The notes under the pieces are model-generated. The model saw only the letters and a list, made by a program, of their open reading frames with translations. It ran no database searches and had not been told where the DNA came from. Below, piece after piece: positions 43,824 through 56,175 of a stretch of DNA of 64,000 bases. Location: assembly GCA_963752595.1 (NCBI GenBank), contig CAVVYZ010000017.1, positions 32,001 through 96,000 of the forward strand, written 5' to 3'. The DNA comes from an uncultured delta proteobacterium (GTDB lineage Bacteria > Desulfobacterota > Desulfomonilia > UBA1062). The position numbers and the translations under genes were made by a program. Positions within the stretch are counted from its first letter, which is position 1. The number at the start of each line of letters is the position of its first letter.

Positions 43824-45032
43824 ATGGATTTAAGAGATGCCTATTTCGTTGACGGCTGTCGTACATGGTTCGGAAAGTCTAGGCCTGATGGACTGTTTTG
43901 GTCCACACGGGCTGACGACATGGTCACAAAGGTCCTCTATGAGCTCCAGAAGAGGAACCCCACGGTTCCCTGGGGCGAAGTCGATGACTGCATCATCGGT
44001 GCAACGACCCAGTCGGGAGACCAGGGCACCACGATGGGCAGGGCCGTGGTATTCACCGCCGGTCTTCCCGAGTCGGTTCCCGGATTCTCCGTTGACCGTA
44101 TGTGCGCTGGCGGCATGACCTGCCAGGCCTTCGGTGCGTCCTTCATCAAGTCAGGCAGTGCAGACATGATCATCGCCGGCGGCGTGGAGCACATGGCCCA
44201 TCACCCCATGGGACAGGGCGCAGACCCGAACCCTAGGATCGTCACCGAGAAAATGGTTGCCCCCAAGTACTTCAACATGGGCAACACGGCAGAGAAGCTG
44301 CACGACTGGATGCCGGAACACGGCGAGCAGCCGGTCACCAAGGAAGAGTGCGACGAGTACGCCTACCTCGTCCTCGAGAGGTACTTCAAAGCTCTCGACG
44401 CGGGCTACTACGATAAGCATTGCGTTGACATGACCGTGTTCTCCCCCAACGGATGGAAGGTTGCCAACTATGACGAGCAGGCCAAGCGCGGCACTACCCT
44501 TGAGAGCATCAAGAATCTCAGGAGGTTCCCGTTCAAGGCAGAAGGCCACGTAACCCCGGCCAACGCATCCGGTCTGAACGATGGCGCGTGCGTGTCGCTC
44601 CTCATGTCCGGACAGAAGTGCAAAGAGCTCGGTATCAAGCCCAAGATGAAGTTCGTTGGCGCCTCCTTCATCGGCGTTGACCCCACCGTCATGGGCTGGG
44701 GCCCGGTGCCTTCCACCGAGAAGGTCCTGAAGAGGTTCGGCATGAAGTTCGAAGACCTCGACTACATCGAGCTCAACGAAGCATTCGCAGTCCAGGCAGT
44801 CGGCTTCATGAAGCACTTCGGCATGAAGCTTCCCGAAGACCCCAGGCTCAACCCGTACGGCGGCACCATAGCCATGGGCCATCCGCTGGCCAGCTCCGGT
44901 ATCCGCCTGAGCATGCAGCTCGCCCAGGACTTTGAGATGAACCCGAAGGCCAAGTACGGCCTCACCACCATGTGCGTGGGCCTTGGCATGGGCGGTTCTA
45001 TAATTTGGGAAAATGTTGTAGGGAAAATTTAG
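43824..45032 (+). CDS. Acetyl-CoA C-acyltransferase (3-ketoacyl-CoA thiolase)
   Basis: DRMCAGG, NEAFA, GHPLA, MCVGLG. Confidence 0.93.
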   Translation: MDLRDAYFVDGCRTWFGKSRPDGLFWSTRADDMVTKVLYELQKRNPTVPWGEVDDCIIGATTQSGDQGTTMGRAVVFTAGLPESVPGFSVDRMCAGGMTCQAFGASFIKSGSADMIIAGGVEHMAHHPMGQGADPNPRIVTEKMVAPKYFNMGNTAEKLHDWMPEHGEQPVTKEECDEYAYLVLERYFKALDAGYYDKHCVDMTVFSPNGWKVANYDEQAKRGTTLESIKNLRRFPFKAEGHVTPANASGLNDGACVSLLMSGQKCKELGIKPKMKFVGASFIGVDPTVMGWGPVPSTEKVLKRFGMKFEDLDYIELNEAFAVQAVGFMKHFGMKLPEDPRLNPYGGTIAMGHPLASSGIRLSMQLAQDFEMNPKAKYGLTTMCVGLGMGGSIIWENVVGKI

Positions 45033-45044
45033 GAGGTTGTCGTC

Positions 45045-47122
45045 ATGGCTAAATATATAACTGAATGCAAACTCAACTACTTCAATTCGAAGAAGGCAGG
45101 CAAGATCGCCATCGTCACGATGGACAACGGGCAGCAGTACAACATCCCCAACACCTGGGGCACCGAGGCCCTCGAGTCCCTGAACAAGGTCCTCGACACC
45201 GTTGAGAAAGACCCCGACGTAAAAGGCTGGTTCATGACCGGCAAGCCCTTCATCTTCAACGTGGGCGCAGACATCATGAGCGCAAACCCGAACGTATCGA
45301 GGGAAGAAGCCCTCCAGATCGGCCTCGTCGGCCACAAGGCCTTCAAGCGGATCATGGATCTCAAGATCCCGACCATGGCAGCCATCAACGGCGCCACCAT
45401 GGGCGGCGGCTGCGAAGTGGGCCTCTACCACAACTACCGCACCATCTCCAAGAGCCCGGGCGGCTGCGACCACTATGCGCTTCCCGAGTGCTTCCTGGGC
45501 CTCGTGCCCGGTTGGGGTGGAACCCAGCTCGTGACCAAGCTGGCCGGTCCCCAGGCAGCCATCGATCTCATCATCATGAACCCGCTCAACATGAACAAGA
45601 TGATCAACTCCGTCAAGGCTTACGAGATGGGCCTGGCTGACTTCCTGCTCACTCCTGGCGACTTCACCGGCGCATCCCTCGAGATCTTCGAGAAGATCAT
45701 CACCGGCGAGCTCAAGGTCGACCGCAAGAAGGTCGACCCCAAGATGAGCGACGATCTCTACAACCGACCAAGTTCCAGATCATGGGCCGCGTCCATTCCG
45801 GCGCCAAAGCCCCCTACGTGGCCCTCGACCTCATCAAGGGCGCAGCAGGCTGGTCCTGGGATGAGGGCTTCCAGAAAGAGACCGAGGCCTTGGCTGACGC
45901 GATCGTGTCCGACCAGTTCAAGTGCGGCCTCTACTCCTTCGACCTCACCCAGCGCCGCGCCAAGAAGCTCCCCGGCCGTCCGCCCAGAGAGGTGAAGGGC
46001 AACAAGATCAACAAAATCGGCGTCATCGGCGCAGGCCTCATGGCATCGCAGATGGCCCTGATCTTCGCACAGCGCTACCAGATCCCGGTCCTCATGAAGG
46101 ATATCAAGCAGGAGTTCGTTGACAAGGGCCTGGCCTACTGCCGCGACCAGCTGGGCAAGTCCGCCAAGAAGGGCAAGATGTCCGCTGCAGAAGCCAAGTG
46201 GATGGGCGAAGAGCTCATCAAAGGCACCGTGACCTATGACGGGTTCGAAGAATGCGACTTCATCATCGAAGGCGTGTTCGAAGAGATGGGCATCAAGCAG
46301 AAGATATTCGGCGACCTCGAGGCGGTCTGCAAGCCCGAGTGCCTGTTCCTCACCAACACCTCGTCCCTCGACGTGGCCGAGATGGGCAAGTTCCTCAAGG
46401 ATCCGGGCCGTGTGGTCGGCTTCCACTTCTTCAACCCCATCGCTATGCTGCCGCTGGTCGAGATCATCAGGACCGATGCAACCACCGATGTGACCCTGGC
46501 AACGGCATTCGACATCGCCAAGAAGATCAAGAAGACACCGGTTCTCGTGAAGAACGCAGGCGGCTTCCTGGTCAACAGGATCCTGCTGGCATGGAACGAC
46601 GGCATCTTCAAGTGCATCGACGAAGGCGCCGACTTCATGCAGGTGGACAACGCGGTTCACGACCTGGGTTACCCCATGTCTCCATTCACCCTGGCAGGGC
46701 TGGTCGGACCTGCCATTGCACTCCACGTGCAGGAGACCCTGAACAAGTCATGGCCCGACAGGTTCCCGGTCAGCCAGGGTCTCAAGAACCTGGTGGCAAA
46801 GGGCAAGAAGCAGCTGCTCGTCTTCACCGACAAGGGCGTGGATATCGATCCCGACATCAAGGCAGGCTGGCCGCAGGGCAACAAAAAGTTCACCGATGAC
46901 GAGATCAGGGAAATCGTCCTGTCCCGCGTCGCCGTGGAAATCCGCCACATCCTCGACGAAGGCGTGGTGGCAAGCCCGAAGGACGTCGACACCGGCGTGA
47001 TCATGGGCGCAGGCTGGCCCTTCTTCATGGGCGGCATCACCCCGTACCTCGACTACAAGGGAATTTCGGAGAAGGCCACCGGCAAGAAGTTCCACCCGGA
47101 TGGATTCCTGAAGTTCGATTAA
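45045..47122 (+). CDS. Enoyl-CoA hydratase / 3-hydroxyacyl-CoA dehydrogenase (FadB/FadJ-like), one apparent frameshift near 45767
   Basis: GADI, GGGCE, LPECFLGLVPGWGG; then GAGLMA, TNTSSL, GFHFFNP, GFLVNR in the second frame. Confidence 0.9.
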
Positions 47123-47144
47123 GAATAAGTCAACAGTGACCATC

Positions 47145-47184
47145 AAGCCGGGCAGCTCCTCAAGAGGGTTGCCCGGCTTCTTTT
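47145..47184 (+). terminator. Intrinsic terminator of the fad operon
   Basis: AAGCCGGGCAGCTCCT-CAAG-AGGGTTGCCCGGCTT-CTTTT. Confidence 0.8.
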
Positions 47185-47398
47185 GCCTCTTGACTTTAAT
47201 AGAAAGGATTCCCCGCACAAGAGTAATCGTAACTATCAGAACTTACACGGGAACAGGCGGGTTCACACCTCTTGTTCCCGCATTTTTTCCCCTTGACATT
47301 TTTTCCCGATTCATTTAGTTGAGACTGTATCAAACTGTTTGTAGTGTATCTTTACTATTCTACAGCTCTTCATCTCAAATAGCCGAAAGGATATTAAC

Positions 47399-48645
<1,247 letters not shown>

Positions 48646-48657
48646 GAGTAAAGCAAG

Positions 48658-48888
48658 ATGAAGAAAGGCATTCACCCAGAATACAAAGAGACTACGGTTA
48701 CATGCGGCTGCGGCAACACCTTCAAGACGCGTTCGACAAAAGATGATATCCGCATAGAAATATGCAGCGCCTGTCACCCCTTCTATACCGGGCAGCAGAG
48801 GATGACCTCCGTAGCAGGCAAGGCCGAGCTGTTCAAGAGAAAGTACGGGAACTACCTCAAGCAGGAAAGCAAGCAGGATAAGAAGTAA
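48658..48888 (+). CDS. rpmE: 50S ribosomal protein L31 (zinc-binding type)
   Basis: [12 protein letters not shown]...[10 protein letters not shown]. Confidence 0.96.
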   Translation: MKKGIHPEYKETTVTCGCGNTFKTRSTKDDIRIEICSACHPFYTGQQRMTSVAGKAELFKRKYGNYLKQESKQDKK

Positions 48889-48908
48889 AGGATTATTGCC
48901 ACACTGAT

Positions 48909-49977
48909 ATGCTGGATAAACTCAAGGAGATCGAGCAGCGTTACAACGAGCTTTCCGATCTCCTCGCAGATCCCAAGATAGTCCAGGACCATTCCCGCTA
49001 TTCCGAAATCGCCAGGGAGCACGCCAACCTGGAAGAGCTCATAGGACCGTACAAGCAGCTCAAAGGCACCCTCGAGGCCATCGAGGAGAATGAAGCCATG
49101 CTCGACGAGCCTGACCCCGAGATGAAGGCAATGGTCCGGGAAGAGCTCGACTCCCTACGGGAAAAGACCCGGGAGATCGAACATACCCTGAAACTCCTCC
49201 TGATGCCCAAGGACCCAAATGATGACAAAGACGTCATCCTGGAGATAAGGGCAGGGACCGGTGGAGAAGAGGCGGGCCTGTTCGCGGCCGATCTGTTCCG
49301 TATGTATACCCGCTATGCCGAAGGCAAGGGCTGGGGCATCGAGGTCTTAAGCGTCAACGAGACCGGCATCGGCGGTTTCAAGGAAATTATTGCCGGTATA
49401 AAGGGTAGGGGGGCCTACTCGCGTTTCAAGTTCGAGATGCGGCGTTCATCGTGTCCAGAGGGTTCCGGAAACGGAAGCCAGCGGCAGGATCCATACCTCT
49501 GCAGTCACGGTCGCTGTCCTCCCCGAGGCAGAAGAGGTAGAAGTCAATATCGAACCCGCGGACTTGAGGATCGATACGTACCGGTCATCAGGCGCAGGCG
49601 GCCAGCACGTCAACAAGACCGAGTCCGCGGTGCGAATTACCCATATCCCCACCGGGATCGTCGTGTCATGCCAGGACGAGAAGTCCCAGCACAAGAACAA
49701 GGCAAAGGCCATGAGGGTATTGCGCTCCAGGATCCTTCAGAAATATCAGGAAGACCACGACCAGGCCATTGCATCCCAGAGGCGCTCCCAGGTCGGCACA
49801 GGAGACCGGAGCGAGCGTATCCGTACATATAATTATCCGCAGGGGAGGGTGACCGACCACCGGATCAACCTCACCCTCCACAAATTGCCGCAGATTCTCG
49901 AAGGAAATATCGACGACCTCATCGACGAGCTCACCACCAGATCCCAGGCCGATGCTCTCGGGCACACCGGGAGTTAA
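48909..49977 (+). CDS. prfA: Peptide chain release factor 1, one apparent frameshift near 49438
   Basis: [11 protein letters not shown]; [30 protein letters not shown] in the second frame. Confidence 0.93.
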
Positions 49978-49980
49978 GAC

Positions 49981-50833
49981 GTGGTATGGACCATCCGCTC
50001 CGTAATCACCTGGGCAAAGGGGTACCTTCAGGAAAAAGGGAGCGATTCGCCCCGGCTTGATGCAGAGCTTCTTCTGGCTCATGTCCTCGGGAAGGAGCGA
50101 ATCAGTCTCTACCTCGACATGGAAAGACCGCTGGTCGATGCAGAGCTTGCCGCATATCGAGTCCTTTTGAAGAGGCGCGCTGAAAAGGAGCCGATTGCCT
50201 ATATCCTTGGGCATAAGGAATTTTATTCTCATGATTTTGCCGTAAACCGGCAGGTGCTCATCCCCCGGCCTGATACCGAGCTCCTCGTGGATAGGGCCGT
50301 GGAACTCGCACCGGAAGAAAGTGAAATATTCGAAATCGGGGTAGGCTCCGGAGCGGTGATCATCTCGATCCTCCTGGAAAGGCCGGACATCACCGGCTAC
50401 GGCAACGATATCAGCCTCGACGCGATTCATGTCGCCCTCGAAAATGCCGGCCGGCTGGGCGTTTCTGAAAGGCTCCACTTCTTTGCAGGAGATGCGTGCA
50501 AGGGCTTAAGAAAGCGATTTTCCACGGTCGTCGTGAATCCGCCCTACATAGCCGAGACACAAAAATGCTCGATAAAAGACGATGTTCTCCTGTATGAACC
50601 GGTTCGTGCCCTTTTTGCTGGAAATGAGGGTCTTGATATAATACAAGAGATCTTATCCCGGATTTCAGAATATCTCTTGCCCGGAGGAAGGCTCATCATG
50701 GAAATAGGATATGACCAGAAGGATGCAGTAGGAACAGATGGTAAGAGCTTCCGAAGGATTGACACTGCTCCTTTGGGTCAAAGATCTGGCCGGAATAGAC
50801 CGCGCGGTTATTGTGGAGAGAACGCATGGATAA
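49981..50833 (+). CDS. prmC: Release factor glutamine methyltransferase, probable frameshift near 50731
   Basis: VLIPRPDTE, GVGSGA, NPPY, EIGYDQ; C-terminal KDLAGIDR lies in another frame. Confidence 0.9.
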
Positions 50834-52094
50834 ATTTTTCATCCAGGGGGGCATACCCCTGAAGGGCGAAGTAACCATTTCAGGATCAAAGAATGCGGCG
50901 CTGCCTATTCTCTGCTCCTCCATTCTTGCTGAAAGGCCCTGTACCTATACCAACGTCCCCAGGCTCCTCGATATCACGACCATCGGCAAGGTGCTTGAGA
51001 CCTTGGGTATGAAGGTGAGCAGGACGGCACACGATACGATGCAGATCGATCCCGAAGGGCTTTCCTCAAAGGAAGCGCCCTATGACCTTGTCAAGAGCAT
51101 GCGGGCATCGATTCTCGTTTTGGGGCCGTTGCTCGCAAAGTTCGGTGAGGCAAAGGTGTCGCTTCCCGGCGGGTGCGCCATCGGGGTCAGGCCCGTGGAT
51201 CTGCACCTCAAGGCATTGGCGAAAATGGGGGCAGATATCAACTTGTCCCACGGGTTTGTCATGGCCAGCGTCAACGGGCGGTTGAAAGGCACGACCATTG
51301 TCTTCGACAACACTACGGTCGGCGGCACCGAGAATATCCTCATGGCTGCAGCCCTGGCAGACGGCGTTACCGTTATCCAGGGCGCTGCGAGGGAGCCCGA
51401 GGTGGCCGACCTGGCAAATGCACTGATCGCAATGGGTGCACGCATCCAGGGGGTAGGCGAGAGTACGGTCACCATCGAGGGCGTGAAAGAACTCGACGGC
51501 ATTCATTACCGGGTCATTCCCGACAGGATCGAAACCGGCACGCTGCTCGTTGCCGGTGCCATTACCAAGGGAGATATAACTCTGCGGGGCCAGAAGACGG
51601 ACCATGTCGTGGCAGTAATCGAGAAGCTCGCGGAGATGGGAGTCCGCATAGAGCATCTTCCTGACGGCGGACTGCGTGTAGACGGCCGGGGAGAGCTCCT
51701 GCCTGCTCAGGTTGAGACCGTTCCCTATCCCGGGTTCCCGACGGACATGCAGGCGCAGATCATGGCGCTCGCCTGCGTTGCGAAAGGGACTTCCCGCATC
51801 ACCGAAAATATCTTCGAGAACCGGTTCATGCATGTGCCCGAGCTGGTAAGGCTTGGAGGTTGCCTCGAGGAAGTGGGGAATACGGTCATCGTCCAGGGTG
51901 TGGAGCATTTCCAGGGCGCATCCGTCATGGCTACGGATTTGCGGGCATCTGCAAGCCTGGTCCTGGCGGCACTCAATGCCACGGGCTATAGCGAGGTGAG
52001 GAGGATATATCACCTCGACAGGGGATATGAAGCCCTGGATCAGAAACTTGCCAAGCTGGGTGCTTTCGTGAGGAGGGAAAAGGGGGACTTGTAA
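50826..52094 (+). CDS. murA: UDP-N-acetylglucosamine 1-carboxyvinyltransferase
   Basis: GSKNAALP, LPGGCAIGVRP, PGFPTDMQ, DLRAS. Confidence 0.97.
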   Translation: MDKFFIQGGIPLKGEVTISGSKNAALPILCSSILAERPCTYTNVPRLLDITTIGKVLETLGMKVSRTAHDTMQIDPEGLSSKEAPYDLVKSMRASILVLGPLLAKFGEAKVSLPGGCAIGVRPVDLHLKALAKMGADINLSHGFVMASVNGRLKGTTIVFDNTTVGGTENILMAAALADGVTVIQGAAREPEVADLANALIAMGARIQGVGESTVTIEGVKELDGIHYRVIPDRIETGTLLVAGAITKGDITLRGQKTDHVVAVIEKLAEMGVRIEHLPDGGLRVDGRGELLPAQVETVPYPGFPTDMQAQIMALACVAKGTSRITENIFENRFMHVPELVRLGGCLEEVGNTVIVQGVEHFQGASVMATDLRASASLVLAALNATGYSEVRRIYHLDRGYEALDQKLAKLGAFVRREKGDL

Positions 52095-53380
52095 TGGAAG
52101 TGCTGAGGACGGATAATCCCGAGTGGCAGGGGAAGCTTAAAAGGATCCTTGACCGGATGACGAGTATCCCTGCTGATGTGGACCAGACGGTCCGGGAGAT
52201 TCTCAAGGCGGTACAGGAACGAGGCGACGACGCACTGGCTGAGTATACCAGTCGGTTTGACGGGTTCGATCCTGCCCCGGACGGATTTGTCGTGACAGAA
52301 AACCGGATAGGTGAGGCTGCGGCCAGAACAGACCCCGGCGTATATACCTCCCTGGAGAAGGCCGCATCCAGGATCGAGTCGTTCCATTCCCATCAGCGCG
52401 AGCGATCTTGGATCGTTACCGAAGACAACGGCATGATCCTCGGCCAGAAGATTACCCCCATAAGCCGGGCCGGGATATACGTTCCGGGGGGAAGGAACGC
52501 GTTTCCCTCGACGCTTTTGATGAATGTTATCCCTGCAAAGATCGCAGGAGTGGATGAAATAACCGTTGTGTCTCCTACGCCCGGTGGCCTCCTGAATGAC
52601 AGTCTGCTTGCGGCTGCCCACATCGCCGGCATCAAGAAAATCTACCGGATCGGCGGTGCCCAGGCTGTTGCTGCGCTCGCCTTCGGAACAGAGACCATAC
52701 CGGCCGTGGATAAGATCGTCGGGCCCGGAAATATTTACGTAGCCCACGCCAAACGGCTCGTTCAGGACAGGGTGGGCATCGACGCCTTTGCCGGACCTTC
52801 CGAGATCCTCGTCATTGCCGATAAAGGTGCCGACCCCGGAATCGTTGCCATGGACCTGCTCTCGCAGGCAGAGCACGACCCAATGGCCTCCGCTATCCTG
52901 GTAACCCCGTATGAAGCCCTGGCAAGGGGCGTTATCGAAAGATTGAACAAAGCTGCCCTGTCGCTCCCCAGGAAGGAAGTCCTTGCCCAATCGCTGAAAA
53001 GGTACAGTCTGTGCGTCATTACGCACGATCTCGATGAGGCATTCTGCGTGGCGAACATGGTAGCACCGGAGCATCTCGAGCTCATGGTCGAGGGGGCCTT
53101 CGGTTTCCTCGGAAAGGTCAGGAACGCAGGTGCCATATTCCTCGGGTACCATACACCCGAGGCCCTGGGTGACTATGTCGCAGGGCCGAACCATACCCTG
53201 CCCACAGGGTCGACGTCACGGTTCTCCTCCCCGTTGGGCGTCCATGATTTCACCAAGAGGTCATCCATCATCAGTTCATCGGAGCAATCGACAAAGGAGC
53301 TGGGACAAACGGCCGTAAAGATTGCTCGGGCAGAAGGCCTAGAGGCGCATGCACGATCTGTCGAGATGCGTATCAAGTAA
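52094..53380 (+). CDS. hisD: Histidinol dehydrogenase
   Basis: GIYVPGG, GPGNIYV, AGPSE, SQAEH, PEHL, GPNHTLPT. Confidence 0.96.
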   Translation: MEVLRTDNPEWQGKLKRILDRMTSIPADVDQTVREILKAVQERGDDALAEYTSRFDGFDPAPDGFVVTENRIGEAAARTDPGVYTSLEKAASRIESFHSHQRERSWIVTEDNGMILGQKITPISRAGIYVPGGRNAFPSTLLMNVIPAKIAGVDEITVVSPTPGGLLNDSLLAAAHIAGIKKIYRIGGAQAVAALAFGTETIPAVDKIVGPGNIYVAHAKRLVQDRVGIDAFAGPSEILVIADKGADPGIVAMDLLSQAEHDPMASAILVTPYEALARGVIERLNKAALSLPRKEVLAQSLKRYSLCVITHDLDEAFCVANMVAPEHLELMVEGAFGFLGKVRNAGAIFLGYHTPEALGDYVAGPNHTLPTGSTSRFSSPLGVHDFTKRSSIISSSEQSTKELGQTAVKIARAEGLEAHARSVEMRIK

Positions 53381-54704
53381 CCCGTTCATCAGGAGGATTT
53401 CAGATCTCCTGCCTGCCGGCACCTACATCGTGGGGGGGTGCATCAGGGATATGCTCCTGGGACGTGACCCGTTGGACCTTGACCTCGTTACGTATTCGAA
53501 TATCGAAGATCTCGCCGGAAGCATTGCATCAAGAATACATTCCAGGCCTTTCTGGATGGACGTGAATCGAGGTGTTCTGCGCATTGCCGTAAAAGGCGGC
53601 GGAAGCCTCGACATCTCGAAACCCAAAGGCAAAAATATCGAAGAGGACCTTTTCTCCCGCGATCTCACCATCAATGCCATGGCATATGAGATATCCGAAG
53701 GGATATTCCTCGATCCTGCCTCAGGGCTCAAAGACCTCATGAGCGGGGTGGTAAGGTTCATCTCGGAACGCAACCTCCTGGATGATCCCTTGCGGGCGCT
53801 GCGTGCGGTCAGGTTTTCCGTTACCCTGGATTTTGCCCTCCAGGAGGAGACCTCACGGATAATCAGAAAGCATGCAGACCTTCTGAAGGCCGTTTCTCCC
53901 GAGCGGATAAAACAGGAAATTTTCCGAGCCCTCGATTCCGTCCACGGTGCAAAATTCTTCCGGCTCCTTGTGTGGACCGGGCTCATTCACTCCCTGTATC
54001 CCGGATCTCTCACCGGCACGCGTGACCTTCATCAGATCTGGCAGCCGATCTTTTCCCTTGCGTTACCCGTTTCCCTCGAGATGGACGGGCTCATCTATGC
54101 AGCCGATGCCCTCATGCCGGGGAGCAGCGCCGTCCTCGAGCAGGAAGAGGAAAGCCGGGTAAAGCGTGCAGCTCTGCTCCGGTTTACCGCGTTTCTCCTC
54201 GGCCTTAGGGATGCACGCAGGGAAGGCCCTGCGCATGAAGGTCCCGATGATGGAGATTCCTTTGCAGACCTGGCTGCCGGCTTCTGTACATCACTGCGGT
54301 TCTCTTCATCATCTACCCGGATGGTAAGGAACCTCCTGGCGCAGGTGAACGATACCCGGGCGATCCTTTCGCGGTCGGATGCGAGTCCCCTCGGTCTGTA
54401 TCGCTTCTGCGAGGAGGAGGCCGATTATCTGCCCGAGGCCCTTTTCCTGTCTCTTGCCTGGGCCCAGGCCCATAACGTGGTCCTGCGGCAGTGGGCTTCT
54501 GCAATCTGGGAATATTACCGCACTACGTACCTCGTCCAGAAAAAGACCCCGCTCGTTACGGGCAAAGATGTCATGGAAATACTGAAATCCCCTTCCGGCC
54601 CCCAAGTGGGAAGCCTTCTGCGGCAGATCGAGGAGGCACGTGCACAAGGAGTTGTACAGACACGCCGCGATGCACTGAAATTTCTGCAGGACATCACTGT
54701 CTGA
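53349..54704 (+). CDS. Class II tRNA nucleotidyltransferase, probably CC-adding
   Basis: VGGCIRD, DLD, EEDLFSRDLTINA, DDPLRALRAVRF, ERIKQE. Confidence 0.8.
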   Translation: MHDLSRCVSSNPFIRRISDLLPAGTYIVGGCIRDMLLGRDPLDLDLVTYSNIEDLAGSIASRIHSRPFWMDVNRGVLRIAVKGGGSLDISKPKGKNIEEDLFSRDLTINAMAYEISEGIFLDPASGLKDLMSGVVRFISERNLLDDPLRALRAVRFSVTLDFALQEETSRIIRKHADLLKAVSPERIKQEIFRALDSVHGAKFFRLLVWTGLIHSLYPGSLTGTRDLHQIWQPIFSLALPVSLEMDGLIYAADALMPGSSAVLEQEEESRVKRAALLRFTAFLLGLRDARREGPAHEGPDDGDSFADLAAGFCTSLRFSSSSTRMVRNLLAQVNDTRAILSRSDASPLGLYRFCEEEADYLPEALFLSLAWAQAHNVVLRQWASAIWEYYRTTYLVQKKTPLVTGKDVMEILKSPSGPQVGSLLRQIEEARAQGVVQTRRDALKFLQDITV

Positions 54705-54796
54705 GATCAAATTATTTCCCGGCAAAATCCCTTTAATACGTTTAAAAGGGAGAGATCGTGGTTTTCATATGAACGTTGATTTGGTATAATTTTGTT

Positions 54797-55387
54797 ATGA
54801 ACGTAGACTCATGGATGGTGCGCAACCTCATCACGATAGGAAAAGATGCGGGAATCCGTGATGCCCTGATGGTAATGAAAAAATATTCAGTTCGGCACCT
54901 CCCGGTTGTGGAGAACGGTCTTTTCGTTTCGTCCGGAGACCTGAAGCAGGTGATCCTGGCATCCATGCTGGAGAACTTGAAAGTCAGCGACGTGATGCTT
55001 CAGAAACCCTATACCATTACCAAAGAAACCTCTCTGGACCGCGCCGCTCTGATCATCTTCGAGAAGAACATCGGCTGCCTTCCTGTCCTCGAGGAAGGAA
55101 AGATAATCGGGATCATCACGGTCAAAGACATCCTGAAGGCCTTCATAGAGATCATGGGGGTGCTGAAGGCCGGCTCCCGGCTCGACGTAGTCCTCAAGAA
55201 CGTTCACGGGTCGTTCGATGAGGTCGTAACGATCAGTGAGCGGTACGGCGGGTACATCATCAGTGTGGGCATGTCCATGAACGACGATGTGAATGCCCAT
55301 CACTTCCGGATTTCCGGAGGCGATACCGGGGCAATGGCGGAAGAGCTCTCGAATCTCGGGTATCGAGACGTCAAGGTAGTCCAGTAA
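54797..55387 (+). CDS. CBS-pair plus ACT-like domain protein (AcuB-like)
   Basis: RHLPVV, IGCLPV...GIITVKDI. Confidence 0.8.
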   Translation: MNVDSWMVRNLITIGKDAGIRDALMVMKKYSVRHLPVVENGLFVSSGDLKQVILASMLENLKVSDVMLQKPYTITKETSLDRAALIIFEKNIGCLPVLEEGKIIGIITVKDILKAFIEIMGVLKAGSRLDVVLKNVHGSFDEVVTISERYGGYIISVGMSMNDDVNAHHFRISGGDTGAMAEELSNLGYRDVKVVQ

Positions 55388-55667
55388 TACCGAGCCGCTT
55401 TTTTACCTCATCGGGCCCGACCCCGCTCAGCAAGAGCACCTTCGTCCTTCCCTTTTCCCCCATGCGGATCGAAATCCTGGTCTTTGCCAGGTTAAGGCGC
55501 TCCGAAAGGAATTTTATGAGAGCCTTGTTCGCCTTTCCCTCGACGGCAGGGGCGTTCAGATGAATGACCAGCCGGTCATCCCGCGGGGGATCGAGGGAAT
55601 CCTTCCGGGCATTGGGGTGGATCCTGCATACGAGGATGGTCCCATTACTGCTTTCCCGGATCCACAT
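55371..55667 (-). CDS. DUF167 (YggU) family protein
   Basis: APAVEGKANKALI, GEKGRTK. Confidence 0.85.
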   Translation of the reverse strand: MWIRESSNGTILVCRIHPNARKDSLDPPRDDRLVIHLNAPAVEGKANKALIKFLSERLNLAKTRISIRMGEKGRTKVLLLSGVGPDEVKKRLGITGLP

Positions 55668-56175
55668 GGGTCATCTCTTTGGTCCAGTTCTGATAGGATT
55701 CAATAACCGACTTGAGCTCGGCAAAGAGGTTCATCCGTTTGACCTTGATCTCCATGATTTCTTTTTCCAGGGTTGCCTTTGTATGCTGCGCGTCTTCGAG
55801 GATCTCGCGAGACCTCTTGCCGGCCTCTTCCTCCATCTCGCCGGCCTTCTGTTCCGCCTCTTCTATCTTCTGCTGGGCTTCGGCTATTATGGCCGCTGCA
55901 TTATTCTTTGCTTCGGCGAGCATGACACTCGATTCCTGCTCGGCGATCCGCCTCTTTTCATCAGAGAATTGCTTGGCGGAGAGGAAAATGTCTTCAAGGT
56001 CCCGCTGCTTGCTTCGCAATGTTTCGATTTCGCTTTTGAGGAGATTGTTCTCTTCCATTATCTCTTCTATGTCCTCCGCGATTCCCATGAGAAAGTTGAC
56101 GACTTCTTCCTTATCAAATCCGGAGAATTTCACCCGGAAGCGCTGCTCCCTTACCATTTCAGGTGTTAAATGCAT
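55645..56175 (-). CDS. DivIVA domain protein
   Basis: LTPEMV...F...GFDKEEVVNFL followed by coiled coil. Confidence 0.88.
   Translation of the reverse strand: MHLTPEMVREQRFRVKFSGFDKEEVVNFLMGIAEDIEEIMEENNLLKSEIETLRSKQRDLEDIFLSAKQFSDEKRRIAEQESSVMLAEAKNNAAAIIAEAQQKIEEAEQKAGEMEEEAGKRSREILEDAQHTKATLEKEIMEIKVKRMNLFAELKSVIESYQNWTKEMTHVDPGKQ

Noticed and set aside
44151-45473. Long antisense ORF (440 aa) and similar shadow ORFs (9572, 18853, 51066, 52040)
   Set aside because: They lie opposite well-identified genes, are expected from codon bias, and show no protein motifs.
47248-47280. Imperfect hairpin upstream of rho as a novel ncRNA
   Set aside because: Short single stem with no recognisable family; it could simply be a second terminator or leader element.
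49430-49450. Programmed frameshift in the release factor gene
   Set aside because: The protein is RF1 (PET motif, rpmE-prfA-prmC context). The site lacks the prfB CTT-TGA and internal SD signal and looks like one extra T.
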